64,000 bases of DNA, taken from contig CAXXHO010000003.1 in the NCBI GenBank assembly GCA_963667725.2, positions 2,208,001 through 2,272,000 of the forward strand. The letters run 5' to 3'. This stretch comes from Treponemataceae bacterium. Its GTDB lineage: Bacteria > Spirochaetota > Spirochaetia > Treponematales > Rectinemataceae. Shown here piece after piece: positions 17,782-27,000 of the stretch (positions are counted from its first letter, which is position 1; every line of letters begins with the position of its first letter). The notes below the pieces were generated by a model. The model did not search any database, was not told the origin of the DNA, and saw nothing but the letters and a program-made list of their open reading frames with translations. Both the position numbers and the translations under genes were made by a program.

Positions 17782-19017
17782 TTAGCTGTTTTCCTTGATC
17801 ACGTCGTTGGCCTTCTTGGCCGCCTCTTCGAGCGTCGGCTTAACAGGGGCGCCCTGGAGCATAATTTTATCCCAAGCCTCGTTGTAGATCGTCCTGATCT
17901 GCAGAAAGTTGGGATAGCCGGTCTCGTTCTCGGGCCTGATGTAGCCGAGCTGCAGGTAGGTCGTGTTGTAGCGGGGATCTTTCTTCAGCAGGCCTTCCTT
18001 ATCCAGCACTTCCTTCGAGTCCTTTCGGGCGGTGAAGTAGGCGGTAGCCTCGGCCCAGTTGACCTGATTATCCTTGCTCGTCATGAACTTAATGAAGTCC
18101 CAAGCGCCATCCTTAACGTTCTGCGGGTTGCGCTTAAAGACGTAGAGACTGCCGCCGCCCAAGGGGACGGACTTCTTCACCTGGAAGGGGAATACCGCGG
18201 TCCCCATATCGAAGGTGGCCATGGTCTTCCACTTGGAGATATTGACCGTGGAGTTCATGGCTACCGCGGCCTTGCCGCTCATAAAAGCGGTGTCGCCGCC
18301 CTTGTAGATGGCGAGCTTCTCGTCGATGAGCTTCTTGAAGAAGGTCACGGCGTCGATATGGGCCTTATCGGTCCAGAGCACCTTGGAGTTGTCCTTGGCC
18401 ATCCACTCCGCGCCGAACTGCCAGACCAGGCCTTCGAGGATCCAGCCTGAACCGTAATCGAGGCTGAGCGCGTAGGTGTCCTTGCCGAGGGCGGCGATCT
18501 TCTTGGCCGCGACGTAGAACTCTTCCCAGGTTTCGGGGAATTTGTCGGGATTCAAGCCCGCTTTCTTGAACATGTCCTTATTGAAGAACATGATCGGCGT
18601 CGAGCAGTTGAAGGCGATGCCGTAGGTCTTGCCCTTGTAGACATTGGCCTGAAACAGGGGCTCGATGAACTGGTCGCGCTGGAAGCTCTTGTCCTTCTGG
18701 ATGTAGCCGTCGAGCGGCTCGATAGCGCCCGCGTCAATGATCTGCGGCGCGTAGACATGAGCCTGGTGCAGAAGCACCGGGGTATCGCCCGCCACCACGG
18801 CGGCGATCACTTTCTGTACCGATTCCTCATAGGAGCCGGCGAAGACGCCTTCGATCTGGTACTTGGTCTGCGAGGCGTTGTATTCCTTGATGCGGGTTTC
18901 GATGGTCGTCTTGACGGCGCCGCCCACGGAATACCAGAAGGATACCTTGATCGGGCTCTGGGCGAACGCCATGCCGGCGAGCGCGAGCAAGGCTATGGCG
19001 ATACCGAATCGTTTCAT
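17782..19017 (-). CDS. ABC transporter solute-binding protein (UgpB-like)
   Basis: Signal peptide MKRFG...AFAQ; FNCSTPIMFFNKDMFKKAGL and GGGSLYV motifs resembling glycerol-3-phosphate-binding UgpB; GGGAGG RBS. Confidence 0.85.
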   Translation of the reverse strand: MKRFGIAIALLALAGMAFAQSPIKVSFWYSVGGAVKTTIETRIKEYNASQTKYQIEGVFAGSYEESVQKVIAAVVAGDTPVLLHQAHVYAPQIIDAGAIEPLDGYIQKDKSFQRDQFIEPLFQANVYKGKTYGIAFNCSTPIMFFNKDMFKKAGLNPDKFPETWEEFYVAAKKIAALGKDTYALSLDYGSGWILEGLVWQFGAEWMAKDNSKVLWTDKAHIDAVTFFKKLIDEKLAIYKGGDTAFMSGKAAVAMNSTVNISKWKTMATFDMGTAVFPFQVKKSVPLGGGSLYVFKRNPQNVKDGAWDFIKFMTSKDNQVNWAEATAYFTARKDSKEVLDKEGLLKKDPRYNTTYLQLGYIRPENETGYPNFLQIRTIYNEAWDKIMLQGAPVKPTLEEAAKKANDVIKENS

Positions 19018-19053
19018 GAAAAACCTCCCTTACCGAGTGAATTGACTATAGGC

Positions 19054-19150
19054 AGTATATCATCAATCTGAACATTGTCAAACATTAAAAAACAGTTAAA
19101 ATATTGTTTATGTTTGATATATTGACAATTGATGTTTGTGTTTGTATTCT
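19054..19150. promoter_or_regulatory. Back-to-back sigma70 promoters with repeated AACA/TGTT operator-like motifs
   Basis: Plus strand TTGACA(19122)-N17-TATTCT; minus strand TTGACA(19081)-N16-TATACT; AACA(T/G)T at 19071, 19081 and 19091; TCAAACAT/ATGTTTGA inverted pair. Confidence 0.65.
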
Positions 19151-19176
19151 TTCGATCACAAAGGAACACGACGAAC

Positions 19177-20529
19177 ATGATAAAGCATGAAAACGAAGGA
19201 ACGATCATCAACCTCTGCGAGGCGGGCGCGCTGGATTCGCTCGCGGGAATAGTCAACAAAACCTTCGGCCACGCTGCGCCGGGCGAGAATGCGCGCTGCC
19301 TGATCGTCACCGATGAGACCGTCTGGAAGGCCGTATCGAGCCGCTTTTCCGCCTTCCTGCGGGAAAAGCCCGACACCGTCTTCCATATATTGCCAGGATC
19401 CCCGGCGCCCTACGCCTCCGACAATCTCGTAGCCGAGATCGCGGCGACGTTCAAGGCGTTTAAAGGCTTCGTCCCTATCGCCGTCGGCTCGGGCACGATC
19501 AACGACGTCGTCAAGCGCGCTTCCTTCGAATGCGGCACCCGCTACGTCTGCGTACCGACCGCGCCCTCGGTGGACGGGTTCACCTCCTACGGGGCGGCGA
19601 TCACGGTGCGAGGATTCAAGGTGACCCTGGAATGCCCGGCGCCGCTCTGCGTGGTGGCGGACGAGGATATCCTGCGCGAGGCGCCCCTCCCCCTCATCTC
19701 GGCGGGCTTCGCCGACCTTCTGGCCAAGCTTCCCGGCGGCGCCGACTGGATCCTTGCCGACGAACTCGGCGTCGAGCCTATCGACCCCTCGACCTGGGAA
19801 ATCGTGCAGCCAGCAGCTCGGCGCCTGCTCGGATACGGGGCGACGGTCAAGGCGAGGGATCCAGGCGTGATCGCCGGGCTCTACCAGGGACTCATCGCCT
19901 CAGGGCTGGCCATGCAGCGTTATAAAGATTCGCGCCCCGCCTCCGGTGCCGAGCACCTCTTTGCCCATACCTGGGAAATGTCCCATCTCGAAAAGGACGG
20001 GCGGCCGATCTCGCACGGCTTTAAGGTCGCGCTCGGCTCCCTTATCTCGGCCGCCCTCGCCGAGGAACTTTTCGGGGAGCGCGGTTCCCTGCGCCGCATT
20101 CTTGAGCGGCGAAACTTCGCGCCAGAAACGTCCTTAAGTCTAGCGCGCATGAGGAGGGCCGGGGCGCTGCTCGCAGGCTCTCCCTATCTTGACCAAACCC
20201 TCGCCATGATCGCCAGGAAGACACCCGAGCCCTCAGCCGTGGCGACGCACGCGGCGCGAGCCCGCGAGGCGTGGCCAACCCTGGCGCTTCGCTACGCCGA
20301 CCAGATTCCACCCTTCAGGGCGCTCAAGGCAGACCTGCTCGCTGGAGGTTGCCCGACCGAACCCGCCGATATCGGCCTAAGCCGCGCCACCTGCGTCGAT
20401 AGCCTGAAGATTGCTTCGCTGATCCGCAACCGATATACTGTCCTCGATCTCGTCTCCGAGTTGGGGATACTCGATGAAGCGGCCGAGGCTGTTTTCGCCG
20501 AACCCTGGTTCTCGACGTACGCGCCCTGA
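19177..20529 (+). CDS. egsA: sn-glycerol-1-phosphate dehydrogenase (AraM/EgsA family)
   Basis: AVGSGTINDVVK, PTAPSVDGFTS, AGFADLLAK, SRPASGAEHLFAH and HGFKVA motifs. Confidence 0.85.
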   Translation: MIKHENEGTIINLCEAGALDSLAGIVNKTFGHAAPGENARCLIVTDETVWKAVSSRFSAFLREKPDTVFHILPGSPAPYASDNLVAEIAATFKAFKGFVPIAVGSGTINDVVKRASFECGTRYVCVPTAPSVDGFTSYGAAITVRGFKVTLECPAPLCVVADEDILREAPLPLISAGFADLLAKLPGGADWILADELGVEPIDPSTWEIVQPAARRLLGYGATVKARDPGVIAGLYQGLIASGLAMQRYKDSRPASGAEHLFAHTWEMSHLEKDGRPISHGFKVALGSLISAALAEELFGERGSLRRILERRNFAPETSLSLARMRRAGALLAGSPYLDQTLAMIARKTPEPSAVATHAARAREAWPTLALRYADQIPPFRALKADLLAGGCPTEPADIGLSRATCVDSLKIASLIRNRYTVLDLVSELGILDEAAEAVFAEPWFSTYAP

Positions 20530-20540
20530 CGGGAATCGAC

Positions 20541-21362
20541 ATGAAAAAAGAAGGCAGTATGAGCCGAACCGATTACACCCAGATGCCGGCAGCCCGCCAG
20601 GCCGCGATCTACTCTCTGGCACAGCAGAAAGGCGTCGTAAAAGTGGCTGACCTCGCCCAAGAGTTCGGCGTTACGGAGATGACGATCCGCCGCGACCTCG
20701 GCGTCCTCGAGCGAAAAGGTCTTCTGGAACGCGCCCACGGGCACGCGATCTGCAACGCCCACATCGGCCTGGAGCCGCTCTACGTACAGAAAAGCGCCCT
20801 CCACCAAAGCGAGAAGGCGGCCATCGGTAAGCTCGCGGCAAGCCTGATCAACCGTGGCGACACCGTCTTCGTCAACTCTGGCTCGACGACCATCCAGTTC
20901 CTTGAGCATCTCGACATCGACGCCAAGATCGTCACGAACAATCCACTCGCCCCGATCCATATCCGCTCGTCCAAGCTTGAAGTCTATCTCACGGGAGGGG
21001 AACTCAGACAGGAATCCCTGACCCTCGTAGGAGAATCGACCGTACGCTCGATCAGGGAGATTATCGCGAACAAGGCCGTGGTCGGCGTCGATGGCTTCAG
21101 CATCCGCTACGGCCTAACCAACCCGACCCAGGCCGAGTCCTGGGTAAATCGGCTCATGATCAAGCGAACCCACGGCGAGGTGATCCTGGTGGCCGACTCC
21201 TCCAAGCTCGGACGCGTGGCGAATTTCCAGACAGCGTCGATCTCGGCGGTCAACACAATCGTGACGGACAGCGCCATGGACCCGGCCAACGTCACCGAAT
21301 TCAAGCGGTTGGGCATCAAGGTCCTCATTGCCGATGTCGCCCCAAAGCCCCAAGCGGGCTGA
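20541..21362 (+). CDS. DeoR/GlpR family transcriptional regulator
   Basis: HTH LAQEFGVTEMTIRRDL; SEKAAIG, NSGSTT and LVADSSK motifs (alternative start 20559). Confidence 0.92.
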   Translation: MKKEGSMSRTDYTQMPAARQAAIYSLAQQKGVVKVADLAQEFGVTEMTIRRDLGVLERKGLLERAHGHAICNAHIGLEPLYVQKSALHQSEKAAIGKLAASLINRGDTVFVNSGSTTIQFLEHLDIDAKIVTNNPLAPIHIRSSKLEVYLTGGELRQESLTLVGESTVRSIREIIANKAVVGVDGFSIRYGLTNPTQAESWVNRLMIKRTHGEVILVADSSKLGRVANFQTASISAVNTIVTDSAMDPANVTEFKRLGIKVLIADVAPKPQAG

Positions 21363-21366
21363 GCCT

Positions 21367-22932
21367 ATGCCTCATCATAGAGACGAAGTCGTCCTGGCCA
21401 TCGACGCGGGGACAGAGAGCCTGCGCGCGGCGGTGATCGATGCCTCGGGCACCGTCAGGGGCATCGGACGGGCGCCGATCCGCACTTCCTATCCGGCCCC
21501 TGGGCGGGCCGAGCAGGATCCCGCTGAATGGGAGATCGCCCTCGGCGTGGCCGCGTGGGCGGCGATCGAATCGTCAGGCTTCCGGGCCGGTGATATCAGC
21601 GGCGTCTGCGCCGACGGCACGACCAGTACAGTCGTCTGCCTCGATAGAGCGGGAAAGCCCCTACGCAAGGCTATCCTTTGGTCCGATATCCGCGCCACCG
21701 AAGAAGCCGCGCTGATCGGCGCCACCAAGGACCCCGTCCTCGTCCGAGCAGGGGGAGGTAATCCCTCGGCAGAGTGGTTCCCCTGCAAGGCGCTCTGGAT
21801 AAAGCGGCGCGAGCCCGAGACCTGGGACCGTGCCGCGACCGTATTCTGCTTTACCGACTGGCTCGCCTGGAAACTGAGCGGCCAGCTTACCCTTAACCTG
21901 AACACCGCCACAATGCGAGGCTTCTACGATTCCCGGAATGGGGGCGCGCCGAGGGGCCTGTACGAGGCGGCCGGCATCGGCGGCCTCGCGGAAAGGATCC
22001 CCTTCAGGGTTGTCAGGCCGGGCGAAGCCATCGGCGGAATCTCCGCGGAAGCCTCGGCGCTCATAGGCCTACCCCAAGGGATTCCCGTGGCGGCTGGCGG
22101 CGGCGACGCATTCGTCGGCGTCATCGGGTTGAACGCCCTCGAGCCCGGCCAAGTGGCGATGATTACCGGCTCCTCACACGTGATCACCGCTCACGTCCGC
22201 GCGCCAACCCAGGCGCGGGGCCTCTTCGGTAGCTTTCCGGACGCCCTCTACACCGGCAGCGACCTCCTCGAGGGCGGGCTTGCCTCATCGGGATCAGTGC
22301 TGCGCTGGTTTACCGAGGGCTTCGTCGGCGAAAAGGTGACCTCGGCGGCGGCAGCCTCGGGCAAGAAAACCCTAGCCTACCTCGACGAGCTCGCCGAGCG
22401 GATACCGCCGGGCTCCGAAGGCCTCCTCGTCCAGGAGCATTGGCAGGGCTCGCGCTGCCCCTGGGTGGACTCGGCCTCCCGAGGCGCCATCCGCGGGCTC
22501 ACTCTCCTTCACCGGCCCGAGCATCTCTATAGGGCCATCATGGAGGGCGTCGCCTTTGGCGCGACCCTTATCCTCGACAGGATGGAGGCGGCCGGCGTGC
22601 CCGTGGAGGAACTCCGCGTCTGTGGCGGCCCTTCGAGGAGCGCGCTCTGGATGCAAATCCACGCCGACGTCACGGGCAAACCCATCGCGCTGCCCCGAGA
22701 ACCTGAATCCGTGCTCTTAGGCTCGGCCATGTTGGCGGCCCTGGGCGCGGGACTCTACTCCAGCCTCCACGAGGCCGCCGCGGCCATGTCCGCCACGGCA
22801 AGCCACATACTTCCCGATAGCGGGAAGCACGCCATCTACAGAAAGCTCCTCAAGCGCTATGTCGCCACCTACGAAGCCTTAGGTCCCGTGGCGCGCGCCG
22901 AGGCCGCCGAGGCATTGGAAGATACCCTATGA
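21367..22932 (+). CDS. FGGY family carbohydrate kinase (pentulose/ribulokinase-like)
   Basis: AIDAGTESLRA, AEQDP, GGGDA, GSSH, WQGSRCP, EGVAF, CGG and LGSAMLA motifs. Confidence 0.88.
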   Translation: MPHHRDEVVLAIDAGTESLRAAVIDASGTVRGIGRAPIRTSYPAPGRAEQDPAEWEIALGVAAWAAIESSGFRAGDISGVCADGTTSTVVCLDRAGKPLRKAILWSDIRATEEAALIGATKDPVLVRAGGGNPSAEWFPCKALWIKRREPETWDRAATVFCFTDWLAWKLSGQLTLNLNTATMRGFYDSRNGGAPRGLYEAAGIGGLAERIPFRVVRPGEAIGGISAEASALIGLPQGIPVAAGGGDAFVGVIGLNALEPGQVAMITGSSHVITAHVRAPTQARGLFGSFPDALYTGSDLLEGGLASSGSVLRWFTEGFVGEKVTSAAAASGKKTLAYLDELAERIPPGSEGLLVQEHWQGSRCPWVDSASRGAIRGLTLLHRPEHLYRAIMEGVAFGATLILDRMEAAGVPVEELRVCGGPSRSALWMQIHADVTGKPIALPREPESVLLGSAMLAALGAGLYSSLHEAAAAMSATASHILPDSGKHAIYRKLLKRYVATYEALGPVARAEAAEALEDTL

Positions 22933-23744
22933 ATCATGTTCCGCTCGCTCCCCTGCAACCGCTCCACAAAATGACGGCCGCCCAGGCGCGCGCCGTACTC
23001 TACGTCCTCATGGACATCGACGACACGCTCACCACCGAAGGGAAACTGCCGGCCGAAAGTTATGCCGCCCTCTGGAAACTCAAGGAGACTAGCCTCAAGG
23101 TTATCCCGATCACGGGCCGGCCGGCCGGCTGGTGCGACCTCATCGCGAGGGAATGGCCGGTGGACGGCGCCGTGGGCGAAAACGGGGCTTTCGTGTTCTG
23201 GGAGGAGCCGGAGGGGCGGCACCTCCGCGCCATCACCCACCCCAGCGCCGTGAAGAACGACGCGCCAGCCCTCTCCCGGGTGATGGCGCGCGCGATGGCC
23301 GAAGTCCCGGGATGCCGGCCGGCCCGCGACCAGTTCGCCCGGCTCTATGACATAGCCATCGATTTCGCCGAGGAGGAGCCCGTGCTTCCCCTCTCCGACG
23401 CGCTGAAAATAAAGACAATATGCGACGAGGAAGGCGCGAAAGCCAAGGTCAGCTCCATCCATGTCAACGCCTGGATGGGTGATTACGACAAGCTTACGAT
23501 GGCGACGCGCTACCTGACCGCGCGCTTCGGCTATGACGACGCGCGCGATCGAGCGAGTGTCGTCTTCGTCGGCGATTCGCCCAACGACGAGCCCATGTTC
23601 GCCCATTTTCCCATGGCCTGCGGCGTGGCTAACGTTAGCCGATATAAGGAACTGATGCGCGAGCTGCCCGCTTTCGTCGCGACGAAGGAATGCGGAGCGG
23701 GCTTCGCCGAGATCGCGGCGAAGCTGCTGGATCGACGCATATAA
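22929..23744 (+). CDS. HAD-IIB family hydrolase/phosphatase (copy 1)
   Basis: MDIDDTLT (DxD), ITGR and VGDSPND motifs; ATGA overlap with the kinase stop. Confidence 0.88.
   Translation: MNHVPLAPLQPLHKMTAAQARAVLYVLMDIDDTLTTEGKLPAESYAALWKLKETSLKVIPITGRPAGWCDLIAREWPVDGAVGENGAFVFWEEPEGRHLRAITHPSAVKNDAPALSRVMARAMAEVPGCRPARDQFARLYDIAIDFAEEEPVLPLSDALKIKTICDEEGAKAKVSSIHVNAWMGDYDKLTMATRYLTARFGYDDARDRASVVFVGDSPNDEPMFAHFPMACGVANVSRYKELMRELPAFVATKECGAGFAEIAAKLLDRRI
23112..23710 (+). repeat. Direct repeat copy 1 (599 bp, within HAD gene)
   Basis: Matches 28633-29231 (offset 5521) with about 11 mismatches counted by eye. Confidence 0.9.
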
Positions 23745-23843
23745 AAGCCGCATGGCACTATACCTGAAATACGACTCCACTATTCAGCCATAACAATACC
23801 ATGCGCCGATTGTTTCCCTACTATGGGGATCAGGAGGCTTGCG

Positions 23844-24030
23844 ATGAAGAAAAGAATCCCGCATTTATGGTTTGATACCGAAACCCTCGAGGCGGCGAAC
23901 TCATGTCGCTGGGCGAATACCCATTCAGCGAAAAGCATGGGCTGCTGAAGAGCAAGTTTGGGCTTTCCTGGCAGAACGCGCCTAAAATCCTTGGCGAACT
24001 GACGGGAGGCAAAGACCACGTTGGAAAGGG
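23844..24030 (+). pseudogene. Collapsed remnant of a VOC/PhnB-like (3-demethylubiquinone-9 3-methyltransferase family) gene
   Basis: AGGAGG RBS, then MKKRIPHLWFDTETLEAA; in another frame LMSLGEYPFSEKHGLLKSKFGLSWQ and PKILGEL. These are normally distant parts of PhnB-like proteins. Confidence 0.7.
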
Positions 24031-24039
24031 CATATCGAT

Positions 24040-24077
24040 AAAAAGAGGGGCTGTCCACCATAGTGTAGACAGCCCCC
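24040..24077 (-). terminator. Intrinsic terminator of the large lipoprotein gene
   Basis: GGGGCTGTC...GACAGCCCC stem followed on the minus strand by TCTTTTT, just after stop 24083. Confidence 0.8.
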
Positions 24078-24082
24078 GCGGC

Positions 24083-27000
24083 TTACATCAGTTCCAGCAG
24101 GTATTTGAGCGAATTGACGGCGATAGTGTAATAGGGCTCCCTCTTGGAAGAAGACACATAATAATCCAGAATAACGGTCGCCGCGAGAACCTTGCCCGAA
24201 CCATAGGAGTATTCGACCAAGGATGGCAGGCGATTGCTGCTCTGCACTATCAGCGTTGTCAGGCTGCTGATAGTGCCCGCGGATACGAGGCTGTCAAGAT
24301 TGCTGAAGCCGCCCGCGCTTGCCTGCGAACCGTAAAAATGAGTGGATGTTATGCCCGCCGTGATCGGGTGCGTACTGTTCACGATATCATCGTAGTTTTC
24401 AAAAGCGGAATAACTCTTCAGCACTCCGCCCGGTAACTCTGAATCATATCTCCCCCAAGGCATGCCACAGTCCGAATAAACCCAGAACATGACGCCGCCG
24501 GCATTCACGAAGCTGTCGAATGTCGCCTTGTTCGTCCTGTAGGCATCATAGAAGGCGGTTGGCTGGGACGCGGCGATGATGAGGATATCGCCTACCGTCG
24601 GCGTATAGGCCGGGATGTCCGCGCTGGTCTTGTATTCATACTTGGCGATACCGGTTCCTTCGGTCATACCTATTTCATTTGCAAGCAGATCTCCATAGGT
24701 GGATGGCTGGTTCCACTCGCTTCCATCGTCCCTGAAAATCACCACGTGCTTGGTGACGACATATTTTGTCCATTGAGCGTAGAGCGTCAGGTTACCTTGA
24801 ATTGTTAGCGTATCCCCTGGCGCGTAGTCAGTTCCCGAGCCCGCCGCGTTTGTGTTCCAGCCGTCGAAGTAGTATCCGCCCGACTTGTAAAGGCTGCCTG
24901 TGTTTCCCAGTACGGTTGCGCTAGCCTCGGCAAGGTAGCGGTTCGCGTCGGTCGGTACTGTTCCAGCTCCGCTTCCATTGCCCGAATACGTAACCGTATA
25001 GGTGGACAACGCGACCCAATACGCATAGAGCGTCTGGTTGGCGGTGATGGCCACCGTGCTCGATGCCGTGATCTGCGTTCCGCCGCCTCCGGTTCCCGTA
25101 TACCAGCCTGAGAAGGTATAACCGGTTCTCGTCGTGGTCGCGAGCGTTCCATAGGTTGAAGCGTAGGTCACCGATTTGGACGCCGGGCTCGCCGCCGAGC
25201 CAGTCTGCGCGTTGAAAGTCACCGTGTAGGTATTCGCGGTCCACTTCGCGTAAAGAGTCGTCGCCGTTGTGACCGTATCGCTCGCGAAGGTCCAGGCATT
25301 CGTCAAGCCCGATTCTTTGTACCAACCCGCAAAGGTATAGCCGGTTTTAGTCGGCGCTACTGGGGCCGAGATCGTGGCGCCATAGCGCACCCCGGTGGTT
25401 GAGGAAACCGCAGTGCCGCCATCGCTGGAGAAGCTCACCGTGTACGTGGAGCGGCTATAGTACAGCTTGAGCACGAGGCTCCCATCCGCCGCGATGGTCC
25501 CGCTCGCCACGCGGCTCGCGTGGCCAGTATTCTCGGCAAAACCCGTGTAGGACTTGGCCACCGCGGTCGCCATCGTGTCGGTGGTTCCAGAAAGGGATTC
25601 CGTTTCAAAGAGCGTGTAGCCGCTGCCGCTAACATCCTGCTTGTAATGCTGCACGCTGTAAGCGGTACCGGTATTCGCGGTCCACTTCGCGTAAAGCGTC
25701 TGATCGGTGGTGATGGCCACCGCGCTCGACGATGTGATATTCGTCCCTGTCCCGCCGACGCCTGTGTACCAGCCTGAGAAGGTATAGCCGATTCTCGTGG
25801 TGGTCGCGAGCGCCCCGTAGGTGGATGCGTAGGTCACCGATTTAGAAGCAGGACTCGCCGCCGTGCCAGTCTGCGCGTTGAAAGTCACTGTGTAGGTATT
25901 CGCGGTCCACTTCGCGTAAAGGGTCGTCGCCGTCGTGACCGTATCGCTCGCAAAGGTCCAGACATTCGTCAAGCCCGATTCTTTGTACCAACCCGCGAAG
26001 GTATAGCCGGTTTTAGTCGGCGCTACCGGGGCCGAGATCGTGGCGCCATAGCGCACTCCGGTGGTTGAGGAAACCGCAGTGCCGCCATCGCTGGAGAAGC
26101 TCACCGTGTACGTGGAGCGGCTATAGTACAGCTTGAGCGCGAGGCTCCCATCCGCCGCGATGGTCCCGCTCGCCACGCGGCTCGCGTGGCCCGTGTTCTC
26201 GGCAAAACCAGTGTAAGACTTGGCCACCGCGGTCGCCGTCGAGCCGGTGGTTCCGGAAAGGGATTCCGTTTCAAAGAGCGTGTAGCCGCTGCCGCTCACA
26301 TCCTGCTTGTAATGCTGCACGCTGTAAGCGGTACCGGTATTCGCGGTCCACTTCGCGTAAAGGGTCGTCGTTGCCGTTACCGTATCGCTCGCGAAGGTCC
26401 AGACGTTCGTCAAGCCCGATTCTTTGTACCAACCCGCAAAGGTATAGCCGGTTTTAGTCGGCGCTACTGGGGCCGAGATCGTGGCGCCATAGCGCACTCC
26501 GGTGGTTGAGGAAACCGCAGTGCCGCCATCGCTGGAGAAGCTCACCGTGTACGTGGAGCGGCTATAGTACAGCTTGAGCACGAGGCTCCCATCCGCCGCG
26601 ATGGTCCCGCTCGCCACGCGGCTCGCATGGCCAGTATTCTCGGTAAAACCAGTGTAGGACTTGGCCACCGCGGTCGCCGTCGAGCCGGTGGTTCCAGAAA
26701 GGGATTCCGTTTCAAAGAGCGTGTAGCCGCTGCCGCTCACATCCTGCTTGTAATGCTGCAGGCTGTAGGCGGTATTGCCATTCGCGGTCCATTTCGCGTA
26801 CAGGGTCAGGCTCTCTCCGGGCATCTGGAAGCTTGCGGCGGGAGCGTAATCGGTTCCGCCTCCGTCGGCGCGCGTATTCCATCCTACGAAACTGTAGCCT
26901 GTTTTCCGCAAATCTCCCTGAGCGGTGACGGTCACTTCGGCATTCGCCAGATAGCGATTCGAATCGGTCGGAACGGTACCTTGCGAGGAGCCATTCCCGT

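Noticed and set aside
19177..20529. G1PDH plus the polyprenyl synthase at 41435 as evidence of archaeal-type ether lipid synthesis
   Set aside because: No GGGP/DGGGP synthase in the window; the genes are ~21 kb apart and each has a more coherent local context.
23903..24436. 177-aa plus-strand ORF
   Set aside because: Only the first ~40 aa are VOC-like remnant; the rest runs through a terminator and antisense into the lipoprotein gene.
25016..26788. Long tandem repeats as a possible CRISPR array or mobile element
   Set aside because: Units are 441 and 225 bp, in frame, inside a CDS, with no unique spacers and no cas genes.
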